Assembly: GCA_964016885.1 (NCBI GenBank)
Contig: OZ024740.1
Coordinates: 291,338,001-291,402,000, forward strand
Direction of reading: 5' to 3'
Length of the DNA: 64,000 bases
From: Eledone cirrhosa
Lineage: Eukaryota
Shown here piece after piece: positions 13,731 through 27,062 of this stretch; position 1 is the first letter of the stretch, and the number at the start of each line of letters is the position of its first letter. Position numbers and translations under genes: made by a program. The notes beneath the pieces were generated by a model. The model was not told the DNA's origin and searched no databases. It saw only the letters and a list, made by a program, of their open reading frames with translations.

Positions 13731-14753
13731 TCCTAGCCAAAAAATGAGAGTATTACACCCACCTTGAAATATTTCATCAGTAAATATTTGTTGTTTATAA
13801 ATTTATATATTAACAACCCAAACATTAACATTAATTGTATACATACATAAATGCATTAAATACATACATAAACTGTATATAAAAGTAAGATGAAGCAATA
13901 TTCGTGACTAGATTGACTGTATATATATATGAATAAAGATATAGATAACACAATACAACAAATTCAAGCCAGAAATAGTTTTTAAATTGTGAAAATAAGA
14001 TATGGTCTACAAAACTGCACATATGACACAAATAACACGTGCAGTATTATGTATATTGTATTATATACATTCATAAATATATACATAGATGATGGCTGCA
14101 ACTCGATTTTGAGTAATGTCTTCGCTTGATACTTAAGCATGAGCATCATGGATGTGGCTTTGTAGTCCTGCTAGGGAGTTGCCCATGGCCAGCAATGCCA
14201 TGCATCACAATGTCACATATCAAGCAATGACTGTGATTGAAACTTTTTTAAGTGAGGGAAGGCTTTCCCACTCTTTGAACATCGAATGTATTTTCCCAAA
14301 GAGAACTGGTCTACATCATTAGATGCAAACAAATTTACAGGTTTTATATCAGAGAGACCTTCTCCTGGCTTAATGAAGCTTGCTTGCTGAGAAATGTGAA
14401 TTTGGACACCCTGCGGGATGAAAAACAAAACCCGTCAAAGGGTGGAGGAACTCAGCAGAATCAATGGCCATCCAATAAGGGTTTTTTTTTGTGGAGTGAG
14501 AGACTCTTAGTCTTCATTAAGACATACATACCTACCCACATACATACATGCATACATACATATATATATACATATATATATACATATATATATATATACA
14601 CTTACCTAGTTGATGTCTAAATTCCAATGAAAGAACCTTGTGTTTATTTTAGAAACCAGCTCTTTATAACATAATGAAACTGGAAGAACATACATACGTG
14701 CAAACATACATACATACATACATACATACATGCATACATACATACATACATAC

Positions 14754-15364
14754 ATGGTGGCTGCCAACTCGTTTTCGAGTACGACCACTACTTTATATCC
14801 ATGTAGGAGAACCCCTACCAATGCGTTGAACGAGTGTGACTTTTTAGTCCAGCCAGCGACTTGAAAACTCTGGTACAAACACTACACTTGTGACAATTAT
14901 TGACACATAGTGCTGGGCCCATGGTACCCTGTGACGACAAGTGCAGAGAGATCTCCAGATATAAAGCAATGCCTGTGCCGTGAAGCTTTTATAGTGAGCA
15001 AAGGCACTGCACAAAGCCAGTCCCACTCTCTTAACCAAGATGATATTTACCAAAAAGAAGAACAAGTCAACATCATTGGATACCATCAGGGTTGCAGGTG
15101 TGATATCAGAGTTTTCCTTCTCCTAGAATTCTGCCTTGACAAAGGCTAAGGAGTCATCTCTCCCGGTGATTTTGGATGGCCATTGACTCTTAAGAGCTCC
15201 TTTTCCCTTTGACAGGTTTTGTTTTTAGTCCTGCAGGATGTCCAATGTCACCCTCCTCACTAAGAAACCTTGGTGGGGTTGCCAGTTTAGTCGCCAACAA
15301 CCCGACCATGAGACAGGTTGTACTGGGATACATGTTACCAGTAGCACCAACTGGTGACCTGACA
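14754..15364 (-). mobile_element. ~610-bp bipartite non-autonomous RTE derivative (5' UTR fused to 3' end) with (ATGT)n tail
   Basis: - strand carries RTE-type 5' UTR motifs (ggcgactaaactggcaacccc, aggagaaggaaaactctga) fused to a C-terminal zinc finger [19 protein letters not shown] and a microsatellite tail. Confidence 0.7.
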
Positions 15365-15382
15365 TAAATGTATATATATACA

Positions 15383-15442
<60 letters not shown>

Positions 15443-15614
15443 GTGTGTATCTAGATGTAAATCTGTATATATATATACATATATGTGTGTGTGTGTGTAT
15501 CTACATATATATATATATGTAGATACACACACACACACACATATATATATGTAGATACACACACACACATATACATATATAGATACACACACACACATAT
15601 ATATATATGTAGAT

Positions 15615-15651
<37 letters not shown>

Positions 15652-15686
15652 ATATAAGATCAAAAGATGGTTAAAGGAGTTCCATA

Positions 15687-15757
15687 TATTTTATTATGCG
15701 CATTTCAAAAACAAACATCATCATGCAATAATATTTGTGTTTTCATCAGATAAAATA
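15687..15757 (-). ncRNA. Type I hammerhead ribozyme motif (antisense arm)
   Basis: Reverse complement of 17029-17099. Confidence 0.7.
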
Positions 15758-17028
15758 GGAGAACATGATATGAAGGCTAAAAAACACTTGTGCATAGTGC
15801 AGTTTTAAATCAACATATGAAAAGTGGTTTTAGATTGATGTGTGATATTGGGAAAAATATTTTATTTAGAGAGGGGGGGGAGGGGGAAGATGAAAAGGGA
15901 AGGAGATGAGAGGGAGAGATGGGTGATAGAGAGAAAGAGATAGTTTTTATAACTGAGAGGAGATATATTTTTTACATAGAGAGGTTGAAAACCGTTGGAA
16001 GATACTGTATAAATTAAAAATTTTGAAAATTAACGAAGGGAGGATATGTGCGAGGAAAAAATATTTTATTTAGGGAGGGGGGGGTGGAAAGGATGAAAAA
16101 AAGGGGGAGGAGATGAGAGTGAAGGTGGAGAGGGAGAGATGGGTGATAGAGAGAAAGAGATAGTTTTTATAACTGAGAAAAAGATATATTGTTTTAATAT
16201 AGAGAGGTTGGGAACCGTTGGAAGATAATGTATAAATTAAAGGAATTTGAAAATTAACGAAGGGAAATTATGTATGAAGATAGAGAGAAAAAAATAATTG
16301 TGGGTGAATATTCTAACGTCAAAAAAAGAAATGTATGTATTGTGGCAATTTCAAAATTAGCGAAGAGAAAAATTGTTAAGGTTTGTGTGTAGAAGGATTT
16401 GAGAAAAATAATGTGAAGTTAAAGTTTGTATATTGATTGAATTGATAATATGTGCGAATAAAGAGTTAATATGTATTAATAATGAGTTCGTTGATGGGGA
16501 GAAAAAAATAATAATAAATTAAGGATGAAATTGAGATTAAAAGATTTATGATAGAGAGAAAAAATAATAATGATTGCGGATGAATATTCTAATGTCAAAA
16601 CATGTTATGATTTTACAAGAAGATAGCTCTATCACCCATCTCTCCCTCTCCATCTTCACTCTCATCTCCTCCCCCTTTTTTTCATCCTTTCCACACACAC
16701 ACACCCCCCTCCCTAAATAAAATATTTTTTCCTCGCACATATCCTCCCTTCGTTAATTTTCAAAATTTTTAATTTATACAGTATCTTCCAACGGTTTTCA
16801 ACCTCTCTATGTAAAAAATATATCTCCTCTCAGTTATAAAAACTATCTCTTTCTCTCTATCACCCATCTCTCCCTCTCATCTCCTTCCCTTTTCATCTTT
16901 CCCCCCCCCCCCCTCTCTAAATAAAATATTTTTCCCAATATCACACATCAATCTAAAACCACTTTTCATATGTTGATTTAAAACTGCACTATCCACAAGT
17001 GTTTTTTAACCTTCATATCATGTTCTCC

Positions 17029-17099
17029 TATTTTATCTGATGAAAACACAAATATTATTGCATGATGATGTTTGTTTTTGAAATGCGCATAATAAAATA
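17029..17099 (+). ncRNA. Type I hammerhead ribozyme motif
   Basis: TATTTTAT-CTGATGA-[16-bp stem II with one C.U mismatch, GCAU loop]-GAAA-TGCGCA-T-A/ATAAAATA; perfect 8-bp stem I and palindromic loop III. Confidence 0.72.
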
Positions 17100-17695
17100 T
17101 ATGGAACTCTTTTAACCATCTTTTGATCTTATATATTATGTATACTCCAGTCCCACAAACTGTAGAGTACTTCTTATCCGATATCTGCATTGCTTTATTG
17201 TACTACAATAAAACTCACCTCCTACATCATATATATATGTAGATACACACACACACATATATATATATATATGCAGATACACAAACACACATATATATAT
17301 ATATATATATATATGTAGATACACACATACACACACATATATATGTATATGTTGATACCCACACACACACACACACATATATATATGTAGATACACAAAC
17401 ACATATATATATATATATGTAGATACACACACGCACATATATATATATATATGTAGATACACACCCACATATATGTACATACACACACATATATATATAT
17501 AGATACATACATACATACATACATACATACATACATACATACATACATACATACATGTGTGTGTGCATATATGGATTCAAAAAACTGACAGTCCATTTTA
17601 ATATTATAATTATTATTATAAATATTTTATACATAAATGTTTTAGTATTTTTTTCGAAGAATGTTTATTCTTTACTTTTTTATATAATTGCTAAG

Positions 17696-17750
17696 GTAAA
17701 GGAATTAGAGACTAATCAACCATACAGATCTACCTTTTTATACGTTCCAT
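17696..17750 (+). CDS. IL-17R-like module exon C1 (VKELETNQPYRSTFLYVP)
   Basis: Pyrimidine tract then ctaag acceptor, consensus donor T|gtaagt, 55 nt, phase 0/1. Confidence 0.7.
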
Positions 17751-17849
17751 GTAAGTACAAAAAGTCAAAATATGTAAATAACTTTTCCCATGTTGTTATA
17801 TGATTTTACTCCTACATAATTCTTCTTTTTGTTCTCAACACCCGAGAGT

Positions 17850-18111
17850 ATACACACCTCACACCCTTTCACCACTTGCTCATCTTATTGTTAATTCTTA
17901 TGTTTATTTTTACGTTTATTTTAATTTTTATTTGTTCTCCTTCCCCCTTTTTTCTAAATGTATTTCCACACACCCTCGGAACTCTCTTCCTAACCTATTT
18001 ATCCTGAAGAAGGGCTTATGCCCGAAACGCCCCCCCCCCCCCACTCTCAAGAGCGTGAACCTAATAAACCTTTATTTGCCTGCCTCTCTGCTTTGTTCAC
18101 ATCTAAACTTG

Positions 18112-18115
<4 letters not shown>
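17850..18115 (+). mobile_element. Penelope-like 3' end with degenerate hammerhead core; only in duplicate copy 1
   Basis: CTGAAGA-A-GGGC-TTAT-GCCC-GAAA at 18004-18027, then AATAAA and (TA)n. Homologous to about 52930-53270 and to 58843-58922 on the - strand. Confidence 0.6.
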
Positions 18116-18182
<67 letters not shown>

Positions 18183-18684
18183 CAGTCTGCTTACCTTTAT
18201 GTGGTCATAAATGTATGTGTATGTCAGTGCATGTGTCTGTGTGTCTGTGTGTCTGTCTGTGCCTGTGTGTCGGTGTCTGTGTGTGCATCTGTATGTGTAT
18301 CTGTGTCTGTGTGTGTAAGTATATATATATATATATATGGAGGCATATGGCTTAGTGGTTAGAGCATTGGCCTTGCAATCGAAAGGTTGTGAGTTCAACT
18401 CTCGGACCGGGTGATGTGTTGTTTCATTGAGCAAGAGACTTTATTTCACATTTTCCAGTATACTCAGCTGTAGAAATGAGATGATAGGGACTGGGGTCCC
18501 TATCATTCCACTGCAAAGTGGTCGTGGAGGTGCCACGGCAAAAAAGCACCCACCACTCACTGTAAATGAGGTTGGTGTTAGGAAGGGCATCCAGCTGTAG
18601 AAATCAAGCCAGTATCAGTTCCCGTCCCACCCTTGCAAGCAGGGAAAAGTGGACGTAAAATGATGATGATGATGATGATGATGA

Positions 18685-19220
18685 TAAAAAGTGCAGGGCA
18701 ATCAAAATTGATGGTAGTTACAGAGTAGACCCAGAAAAAGCTGGGATGATCTGATGAATTCCGACCTCACACACTTACATCTCTCTAAGACAATGTCTCT
18801 GGACCAAGATCTTTGGCGCTATGCAGTAATACAGAAGACCCGCCCTGCCTATGTACAAAGCGAAACCTACAGTCAGTAGGCACCTCTTAACCAAATATAC
18901 ACCCCAATCCACTACCCTATCCTCCCACTCCCACCAACAGCACGAGAAAATGAGATTGAGATCGTGTAGGTGTCACGACAAAAAAAAAACACACACAGTC
19001 CACGCTGTAATGTGGCCGTGTAGGTAACACGGTAAAAAGTTCCCAGTTCCACACTGTAAATGTGGTTGGTGTTAGGAAGGGCATCCAGCCATAGAAAACC
19101 TGCCAGATAGTCCTATATGAGCGAGACACGGTCACCCGACCAGCCTTGCCTCAAGTGGGACAACTCCCGTCTAACCCATGCTAGCGTGGAAAATGGACGT
19201 TAAACGAAGATGATGATGAT
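18685..19220 (+). mobile_element. RTE LINE 3' fragment; only in duplicate copy 1
   Basis: Matches the 3' end of the RTE at 47401-49577; ends ggacgttaaacgaagatgatgat. Confidence 0.8.
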
Positions 19221-19824
19221 ATATATATATAAGTATGTTTGTAAGTTTTTTATATTTATCCTAACAGTATTGCTGTGGACAAGACACATATATGTCCATA
19301 ACCTCAGTTGACTGTCACCACATCCATTTATTTCCTTGTAACATCTGTAAAATTTCATATTTCACAGATATGTTTTCTGAATGTCTTTAAAATATTCTCA
19401 TTTTCACTCACAAAAACTACAGCAAGTATCTGTTATATATCACTTCAGATATTTAATCCTTTTTTTATGTAAATGTTGAAGTTGGTGAAAATTGACCCTT
19501 TTTAAAAGAAGATATTGAAGTTGGTGAAAATTGGCCCTTTTTTGAAGTAGATGTTGAAGTTGGTGAAAATCAACAAAATATTGACCTCAAATATAAACAA
19601 CCCCACCCACCCCCACCTGGCCATTTTAGCATCAATTATTTTGTTATATATTTCTCGACTTACACACAAGTATGTACAGTAACTTTACAAACGCATGTAG
19701 TGTATTATGGCTGATGGCCAATTCAGCATTGTTTTACCATTTCTCCCAGTAATAGTATGAGAATTAAAATTTACAATACAATTCTACATTCAAGGCTAAT
19801 CATTATGTTGTCTTTTGTGACAAG

Positions 19825-19896
19825 GTGACCATAACATTTCTTTAGAAAACCAAAATCTATGTGAAGATATTAAAAAGAAAACTTCAGTTTTGCCAG
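19825..19896 (+). CDS. IL-17R-like module exon D1 (CDHNISLENQNLCEDIKKKTSVLP)
   Basis: Acceptor tcttttgtgacaag, donor CAG|gtgaga, 72 nt, phase 1/1; T+GT gives Cys. Confidence 0.65.
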
Positions 19897-19984
19897 GTGA
19901 GAAAACCTATCTAATTGTATATATTGAAAATTAGTATTTCTGTGTTGTCATTTACAAGGTTTTTTTTAAATTGTGTTGATCTAG

Positions 19985-20330
19985 TGGCAGGGGCTGTATC
20001 TATGGCAAGGGGCTGTGTCCTTGACATTCACTAGAGGAAGGGGTCTATGTCCTTGACATTCACTAGTGGCCGTGGTTATGTTCTTGACATTCTCTAGTGG
20101 AAGGGGGCTGTGTCTATGACATTCAGAAGTGGAGGATGCTGTGCCTATGACATTCATTAGTGGAAGGGGGGCTGTGTCTATGACATTCTCTAGTGGAAGG
20201 GAGCTGTGTCTCTAACATTCACAAGTGGAAGGGGCTGTGTCTATGACATTTACCAGAGGAAGGGGGCTGTGTCTTTAACACCCACTAGTAGAAGGGCTGT
20301 GTCATTGGCAAGGGGCTGCATCCGTAACAT
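19985..20330. repeat. Diverged 31-32-bp minisatellite (paralog 34830-35372 is a homogeneous 63-bp dimer)
   Basis: Units of the form ctagtggaaggggctgtgtctatgacatt. Confidence 0.85.
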
Positions 20331-20806
20331 TCACAAAGAACAGTGAGGTTATTGTGATTAAGATGCTTAAATAGTTGCAAGTTAATGGCTGCAGGCAAAA
20401 TATGAGCAAGGAAGGAATTTCATATAGTTGACGTTCTGGATAGGAAAGACTCAGTGCAATGATTAGTGGGAGGTGGGGCTGAGTACATGGGATACAATAT
20501 GGGTGATAAAGTGATAAAAGATGAGTGAAGTTTTAGTGTCTGAGAAAGTTAAGAAAAGAAAAGAAACAGAAGGAAAGAAAAAATACGCACATATACAAGA
20601 ATTTTGTGCATACTACACCTTCAATCAATTTTGCTGCCTTAATGCCCCCCCCCCCCCAAATAAAAATACGTATGATCAAGGATTACTAAAAGTATCTCTT
20701 TTCTTGTGGGGCTCCTTCCAAATAATGTAGTATAACATTTTTTTTATTCAAGTAAGCTGTAATTTCCTGATAATTTACCAAAGTATTTTAATTGATGTCT
20801 CTGCAG

Positions 20807-20955
20807 AACCAGTGTCAATTGAGTGTAAGAAAAATGGAAATCTTTTAGAGATTATCTTAAGAAATTTGAATGAAGGAGCTACACGATATAAAGTATTTAT
20901 TACTTTGAAAGATGATCCACTACTGATACCATTATGTCAACAAACAATCCATGTG
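20807..20955 (+). CDS. IL-17R-like module exon A2 (EPVSIECKKNG...QQTIHV)
   Basis: Same splice sites as A1; GCA>TCA (A>S). Confidence 0.8.
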
Positions 20956-21552
20956 GTAAATATATATATATCATCTCATATTTATGTATGGGATAAATAT
21001 TTGATTGTGTTGAATATAACCATTACTCTCATTATCATTACTGTCATCATTACGTCATTTTTCTTATTCTTCTTCTTCCATTTATTCCTTAGAGGGCCGA
21101 GGGGGCAGAGTCCTCAAACAATCCTTCTAACAAGTCCTGTCAGAAGCAACCATCTCCAATGGATCCAGCTGGATCCCCAAGTTAAACCAGCCAAGTTCAT
21201 GAATGTTATCCAATCATCTTGCTCAGGGTCTACCGCTGGGTCTCTTCCTGGTTGGTTTTTCCCTGTAACATCTGTCCAGTGATTCTTTCCTGAGGCATTC
21301 TAACCACATGCCCCTAGTATCGGAGCTGTGATCTCTTAATTCAGAGAAACAGCCTCTCTACCTGGAGTGACTCTCTGATCTCCGAGCTATGCACTCTATC
21401 GAGCAACATTACTCCAAAGACCCTTGGAGGAACCCCATTTTGGCTGTTTAAATTCTTTGACCTCTTTGTTCTCATTTTCAGTTTAATATTATTTTTCTAT
21501 GAGAAAAATGGGGTTTGCAGAATCATTAGAGTATTGGACAAAATGCCTTGCA

Positions 21553-22893
21553 CTAAAACTAGCTGTCCATGGGAACTTCTATATGCAGATAATCTATCTC
21601 CCATAGTTGAATCTATGGCTTTACTAGAGAAGAAATTCCAAACATGGAAGCATGGTTTAGAATCAAAAGGTCTTAAAGTTAACTTGTCTAAGACTAAAGT
21701 TCTAGTATATAGAAAGGAAAAAAGGGCACAGGTGCCCTTTGGGAAATGGCCATGCTCAGTGTGTAGGAAAGGAGTAGGTAGAAATTCCATTCTGTGCCCC
21801 AAATGCAAACTATGGGTACATAAAATATGTAGTGGGATCACAGGCAAGCTATCTAAGAATGTAGATTTTATATGTGGCCGATTCTCAGGTGCAGTAAGTA
21901 GCAAGTGCCCACAAGATACTAGCTCCTTCAACTGCCCAGATGGTAGTAGATACTTTCTGTTACCTGGGTGACAAAATCAGCAGTGGAGGAGGGTGCTCTG
22001 AAAGTACAGTAGCCAGAGTTAGAACAGGATGGAAAAAGTTCAGAGAGCTAATACCACTGTTGGCCACAAGGGGTTTTTCTCTAAAAATGAAAGGCAGATT
22101 GTATGATGCTTGTATATGAAGAGCAATGTTACATGGCATTGAGACATGGACATTGTACGCAGAGGACCTGCGCAGATTGGATAGGAACGAAGCATGCATG
22201 CTCCGTTGGATGTGTAATAGTAATATACATGAACAGCAAAACATAAATGAACTAAATGAGAAATTAGGAATAAGAGGGATCAGATGCTGTTTACTCAAGA
22301 GTAGATTACATTGGTATGGTCATGTGATGCGCATGAAAGACGACAGCTGTATAAAAAAGTGCAGGGCGATCAAAATTGATGGCAGCTACGGAGTAGGTAG
22401 ACCCAGAAAAACCTGGGATGACATGATAAAATCTGACCTTGCAACACTTACACCTCTTTAAGACAATGTCACTGGATTGAGACCTTTGGCGCTACGCAGT
22501 AATACAGAAGACTTTACATACAAAGTTAAACCTACAGTCAGTAGGCACTTCTTAACCAAATATACACACCAATGCACTACCCCTACTCCATCCTCCCACT
22601 TCCACCCACACCACCCTTTCTCTGTAAAGTTATGTTGGTACCACAGAATATCCAGTCTAGGTGTCACGACAAAAAGCACCCAGTCCACGCTGTAAAGTGG
22701 TCATGTAGGAAACACGGTAAAAAGGCTCCCAGTCCACACTGTAAATGTGGTTGGTGTTAGGAAGGGCATCCAGCCATAGAAAACCTGCTAGATACAGTCC
22801 TATACGAGCGAGACATGGTCACCCAATCAATTCCCGTCTAACCCATGCTAGCGTGGAAGATAGACGTTAAACGATGATGATGATGATGATGAT
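21553..22893 (+). mobile_element. 5'-truncated RTE LINE inserted into a SINE; only in duplicate copy 2
   Basis: CPWELLYADNL..GLKVNLSKTK and GRPRKTW motifs, (GAT)n tail; the site at about 11335-11365 in copy 1 is empty. Confidence 0.9.
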
Positions 22894-24237
22894 AAGGCCC
22901 GCTAAATACTGAGTTGAAATAACACGAAAGTCAACATTGGCTTTCATCTTTCCAGGTTCAACAACATCAAATAAAACACCAGTCATATACTGAGGTTCAT
23001 TTAATTTATTATACTCTCCTATGACTAATATCATTATTTTACTATGTTGAAATGGAACAGAAGAAACATCAGGACCTGATACTACCACAACTACTACTAC
23101 TACTACTGCTACTACTGATGCCACTACCACAACCACTACTACTACTACTACTACTACTCCCACTACCACAAACACTACTACTACTACTGCTGCTCCTGCT
23201 ACTGCTGCCGCTGTTGCTGCTACTACTATTGCTGCTGCTACTGCTACTACTGCTACCACCACCACCACTACTACTACTACTACTATACTACTGCTGTTAC
23301 TACTACCACCACTCCCACAACCACCACCACAGCAGTTATTTACTCTATAGTGATCACCCATTTTCATCATATGTCCATACAACAATTATAGTTGTGTCTC
23401 TGGCACATATTGGCTACTATCTTTAATGGCCATCCATGTCCAATACCTTTTACATGTACATTAATTTTCACATGGATTGACATTACACATCCCAACAAAT
23501 CCACTTTACCTTATTTCTTACCCTCCTCCACAAGTTTTCTCAATGAAGTTCTCATGTCTCTCACTATCTGCTAACATCTCACTTGTTAGAGAGAGTCAGA
23601 GTTAAAGTAAGAGCAGAAATGAATCTAACTAAATATCACAACATAGTAGCAGTAGTAGCAGTAGTAGTAGTAGTAGTAGTTGTGGTAGTATCAGGTCCTG
23701 ATGTTTCTTCTGTTCCATTTCAACATAGTAAAATAAGGATATTAGTCATAGGAGAGTTTGGTGCTCTACTGATTCTTAGCAGGGTGGCGAATTGATAGAG
23801 TAGTTAGAATGACTCCTCTGGGAGTTACAGGTCCATACATACATACATTCTGATTCTGCCAACTTGCCACTCTTAATAACTTACAAATATTATCACCATT
23901 GTGAAGGTGCATGGCTTAATGGTAAGAGCGTTGGGCTTGCAATCGTGAAGTTGTGAGTTTGGTTCCCCAGCCAGGTGATGCATTGTGTCCTTCAGCAAGA
24001 CACTTTATTTCATGTTGCTCCAGTTCACTCAACTGCAGAAATGAGTTATGACATCACTGGTGCCAAGCTGTATCAGCCTTTGCTTTTCCCTTGGACACCA
24101 TCATTGGCATGGAGAGGGGAGACCTGTACACATAAGCAACTGCTGGTCTTCCACAAACAACCTTGCCTGGACTTGTATCTCTCATGGTCATTTTTGACTG
24201 GAGTGGATCTTTACCCTTTACCCTATTATCACCATTA

Positions 24238-24653
24238 TCTATACTTACATATAAAACTGTAGTTGTCTGTGTGTGTGTCCTCATTTTTGCAAAGTCTATA
24301 CAAATCCACATTTCTACTCCGATTCACTTCAAACTTGCATTTATATATTCCTTGCGGTCTAAAGATATTAACTGCAGCTTTTATTTTTCAATTTTCTGTT
24401 GTTAAAGGGGTGTTAGGCGCCGGTTATCGATCTTCGTTGCACCCTCATAATATCTGTCTGTATGTCTAGCTGTCTGCATTACGACATTATGACAAACATT
24501 GATGACGTATTATGTTCGCTATTTTCCGTTCATTACCAGGGAATGTCTTCACGAACCACGTGAATTTTTAACAGGCACTCACAAATAAACGTTTCTCATT
24601 GGAGGTGCTATTACCAATGTTCTTACCCGTGCAACACCGGGATACACTGCTAG
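24238..24653 (+). mobile_element. Non-autonomous Helitron; only in duplicate copy 2
   Basis: A|TC...cccg-tgcaacac-cggg hairpin...CTAG|T; empty site at about 12236 in copy 1. Confidence 0.8.
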
Positions 24654-24769
24654 TATCATATAAAACTGTTATCAAAATTATTAGTTTTTAACTTAATGTT
24701 ATGTGATTTTAAAAATAAATAGGCACAAATTTTGAAATGTAAAATAAATAGATTTAATTTTGTTTTCAG

Positions 24770-24844
24770 AAAGATCTAACAAAGGTACCTAAGGGGATAT
24801 TCAACAATTCTTGCTTCCAATGTAATCGTGATTATCAAGTAATG
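24770..24844 (+). CDS. IL-17R-like module exon B2
   Basis: Identical to B1, same splice sites. Confidence 0.75.
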
Positions 24845-25473
24845 GTTAGTAATTTAAAGACATCTTCAATAATAGTTTAAAATTAGAGGATTGTTTTAGA
24901 TGATGATATATATTATTTTGCTTGTTGTTAACCCTTTTGATACCAACCCACTCACCCAAATCATTCTCTGGTTCTATGAAACAAAGTCACCCATTTTAAA
25001 ATGTTCTTTTTCTTCTTCACCCCCTTATTCCTGAGAGCGTTGTGGGACAGAGTGCTCAAACACTCCTTCCAGCAACTCCTGTCAGGAGCAACCATTTCCA
25101 ACTGATCTGGCTGGATCTCCATAGATGTTATCCAACCATCTTGCTTGGGGTCTACTCCTGGGTCTCCTGCTGGTTGGTTTTGCCTGTAAAATCTGTTCAG
25201 AGTGACTCTCTGATCTCCGAGCTACACACTCTATCGAGTAACATTACTCCAAAGACCCTTTGGAGGAATCCCGTTTCAGCCACTTGTATTCATGATCATA
25301 TTCTTTCAGTCATTACTAAGATTCATGACCATAGGTAATGGTTGACATGAATACCAAATCGAAGATAGCGAGTTTGGCTTTTACACCTACCTCTCTCCTT
25401 CTGATTATCGAATGCTGAACCTGGCACATTATTGAACCAGCTCCGAGGTTGTTGAACTGGCACATTATTGAAC

Positions 25474-25580
25474 TCCGCCGAGGTTGACTTTGCCTTTCAT
25501 CCTTACGGGGTCGATAAAATAAAGTACCAGTAATGTACTGGGTAATTGCTGGCCTTGTGCCTAAAGTAGAAACAATTATT
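25474..25580 (+). mobile_element. 5'-truncated MetaSINE-like element; only in duplicate copy 2
   Basis: Core gcctttcatccttacggggtcgataaaataaagtaccag; empty site at about 13220. Confidence 0.75.
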
Positions 25581-26136
25581 GAACCAGCTCCAGCAAGTGT
25601 TGCACTTAATTCAGTCTCCTGCGTTCCATCACTCATGAACACGGCCCCGATGTATTTGAACTGTCTTGTAATAAACATCATGTTGACTGTATCTCATTCC
25701 TTGGATAAGAAGCACCATGACTTTAGTGTGATGCTTTCTGACATAGATTGAGCTAGTCTTTTAAGCATGACTTTGGCATGAAGTTTTCCAACATAGATTG
25801 AGTTAGTCTTTTAAACATGACTTTGGCATGACGTTTTCTTACATAGATTGAGCTAGTCTTTTAAACATGAGTTTGGTATGATGTTTTCTGACATAGATTG
25901 AGCTAGTCTTTTAAGCATAACCGTGGTGTGATAGTTTCTGACATAGATTGAGCTGGTCTTTTAAACATGAGTTTGGTATGATGTTTTCTGACATAGATTG
26001 AGCTAGTCTTTTAAACATGACATTGGCATGACGTTTTCTGACATTGATTGAGCTAGTCTTTTAAACATGAGTTTGGTATGATGTTTTCCGAGCCAAAAAA
26101 TGAGAGTATTACACTCACCTTGAAATATTTCATCAG

Positions 26137-26194
<58 letters not shown>

Positions 26195-27030
26195 CCTAGT
26201 TGATGTCTAAATTCCAATGAAAGAACCTTGTGTTTATGTTAGAAACCAGCTCTTTATAACATAATAAAACTTGAAGGACATACAAACGTGCAAACATACA
26301 TACATACATGGTGGTGCCAACTCATTTTCGAGTACGGCCATTACTTTATATCCATGTAGGAGAACCCCTACTGATGCGCTGAACGAGTGTGACTTTTTAA
26401 TCCAGCCAGCAGAGAGATCTCCAGATAAAAAGCAATGCCTGTGCCATGAAGCTTTTATAGTGAGCAAAGGCACTGCACAAAGCCAGTCCCACTCTACCTA
26501 GGTAGCAGAAGCTGTCAATTGTTTCTACAGAGCCCTCCCAGAGATTGGTGGTACTTGTTTCCTGTGGCTGTTTGCTGCTTGCTGTCCCAGCACAGCTGCT
26601 GCATGTGAAGCCTATACCCACATATATATATACATATACATATATATATAAATATACATACATATATACATATACATATATATACATACATATATATATA
26701 CATATATATATACATGTATATATATATATATATATAGATATATATATATACATATATATAAATATACATATACATACATATATATATACATACATATATA
26801 TATACATATATATATATACATATATACATATACATATATACATATACATATATACACATATACATATACACATATACATATATATATACATATACATATA
26901 TATACATATACAAATATACATATATATATATACATATACATATATATATATACATATATATATATACACATATATACACATATACATATATATATATACA
27001 CACATATACATATACACACACACATATATA

Positions 27031-27062
<32 letters not shown>

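Larger units (their letters stand above)
15651..17227 (+). mobile_element. Fold-back Penelope-like non-autonomous element in (TA/CA)n
   Basis: ~500-bp inverted arms (about 15651-16152 and 16627-17135), each with a hammerhead. Right arm continues into a ~90-bp tail containing AATAAA. Confidence 0.7.
10489..20706 (+). repeat. Tandem segmental duplication, copy 1
   Basis: Collinear with 20714-35651 over exons, introns and minisatellites. End anchor atgatcaagga..aaaagtatctcttttcttg at about 20672-20706 matches about 35617-35651. Confidence 0.9.

Noticed and set aside
15275-15364. HDV-like ribozyme at the 5' end of the RTE derivative (ctaa-actgg motif on -)
   Set aside because: RTE 5' UTRs can carry these, but I could not assign P1, P3 and P1.1 convincingly by eye.
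19368-19425. Candidate extra exon ICFLNVFKIFSFSLTKTTA after ttcacag
   Set aside because: The paralog has frameshifting deletions and a stop, and the exon chain is already in phase without it.
11546-23426. Poly-V and poly-L ORFs (11546-11794, 22867-23426)
   Set aside because: Trinucleotide (CTA/CCA)n tracts.
13572-26090. Regular 50-bp repeats (13572-13730, 25716-26090) as a CRISPR-like array
   Set aside because: No unique spacers, eukaryotic intron, no cas genes.
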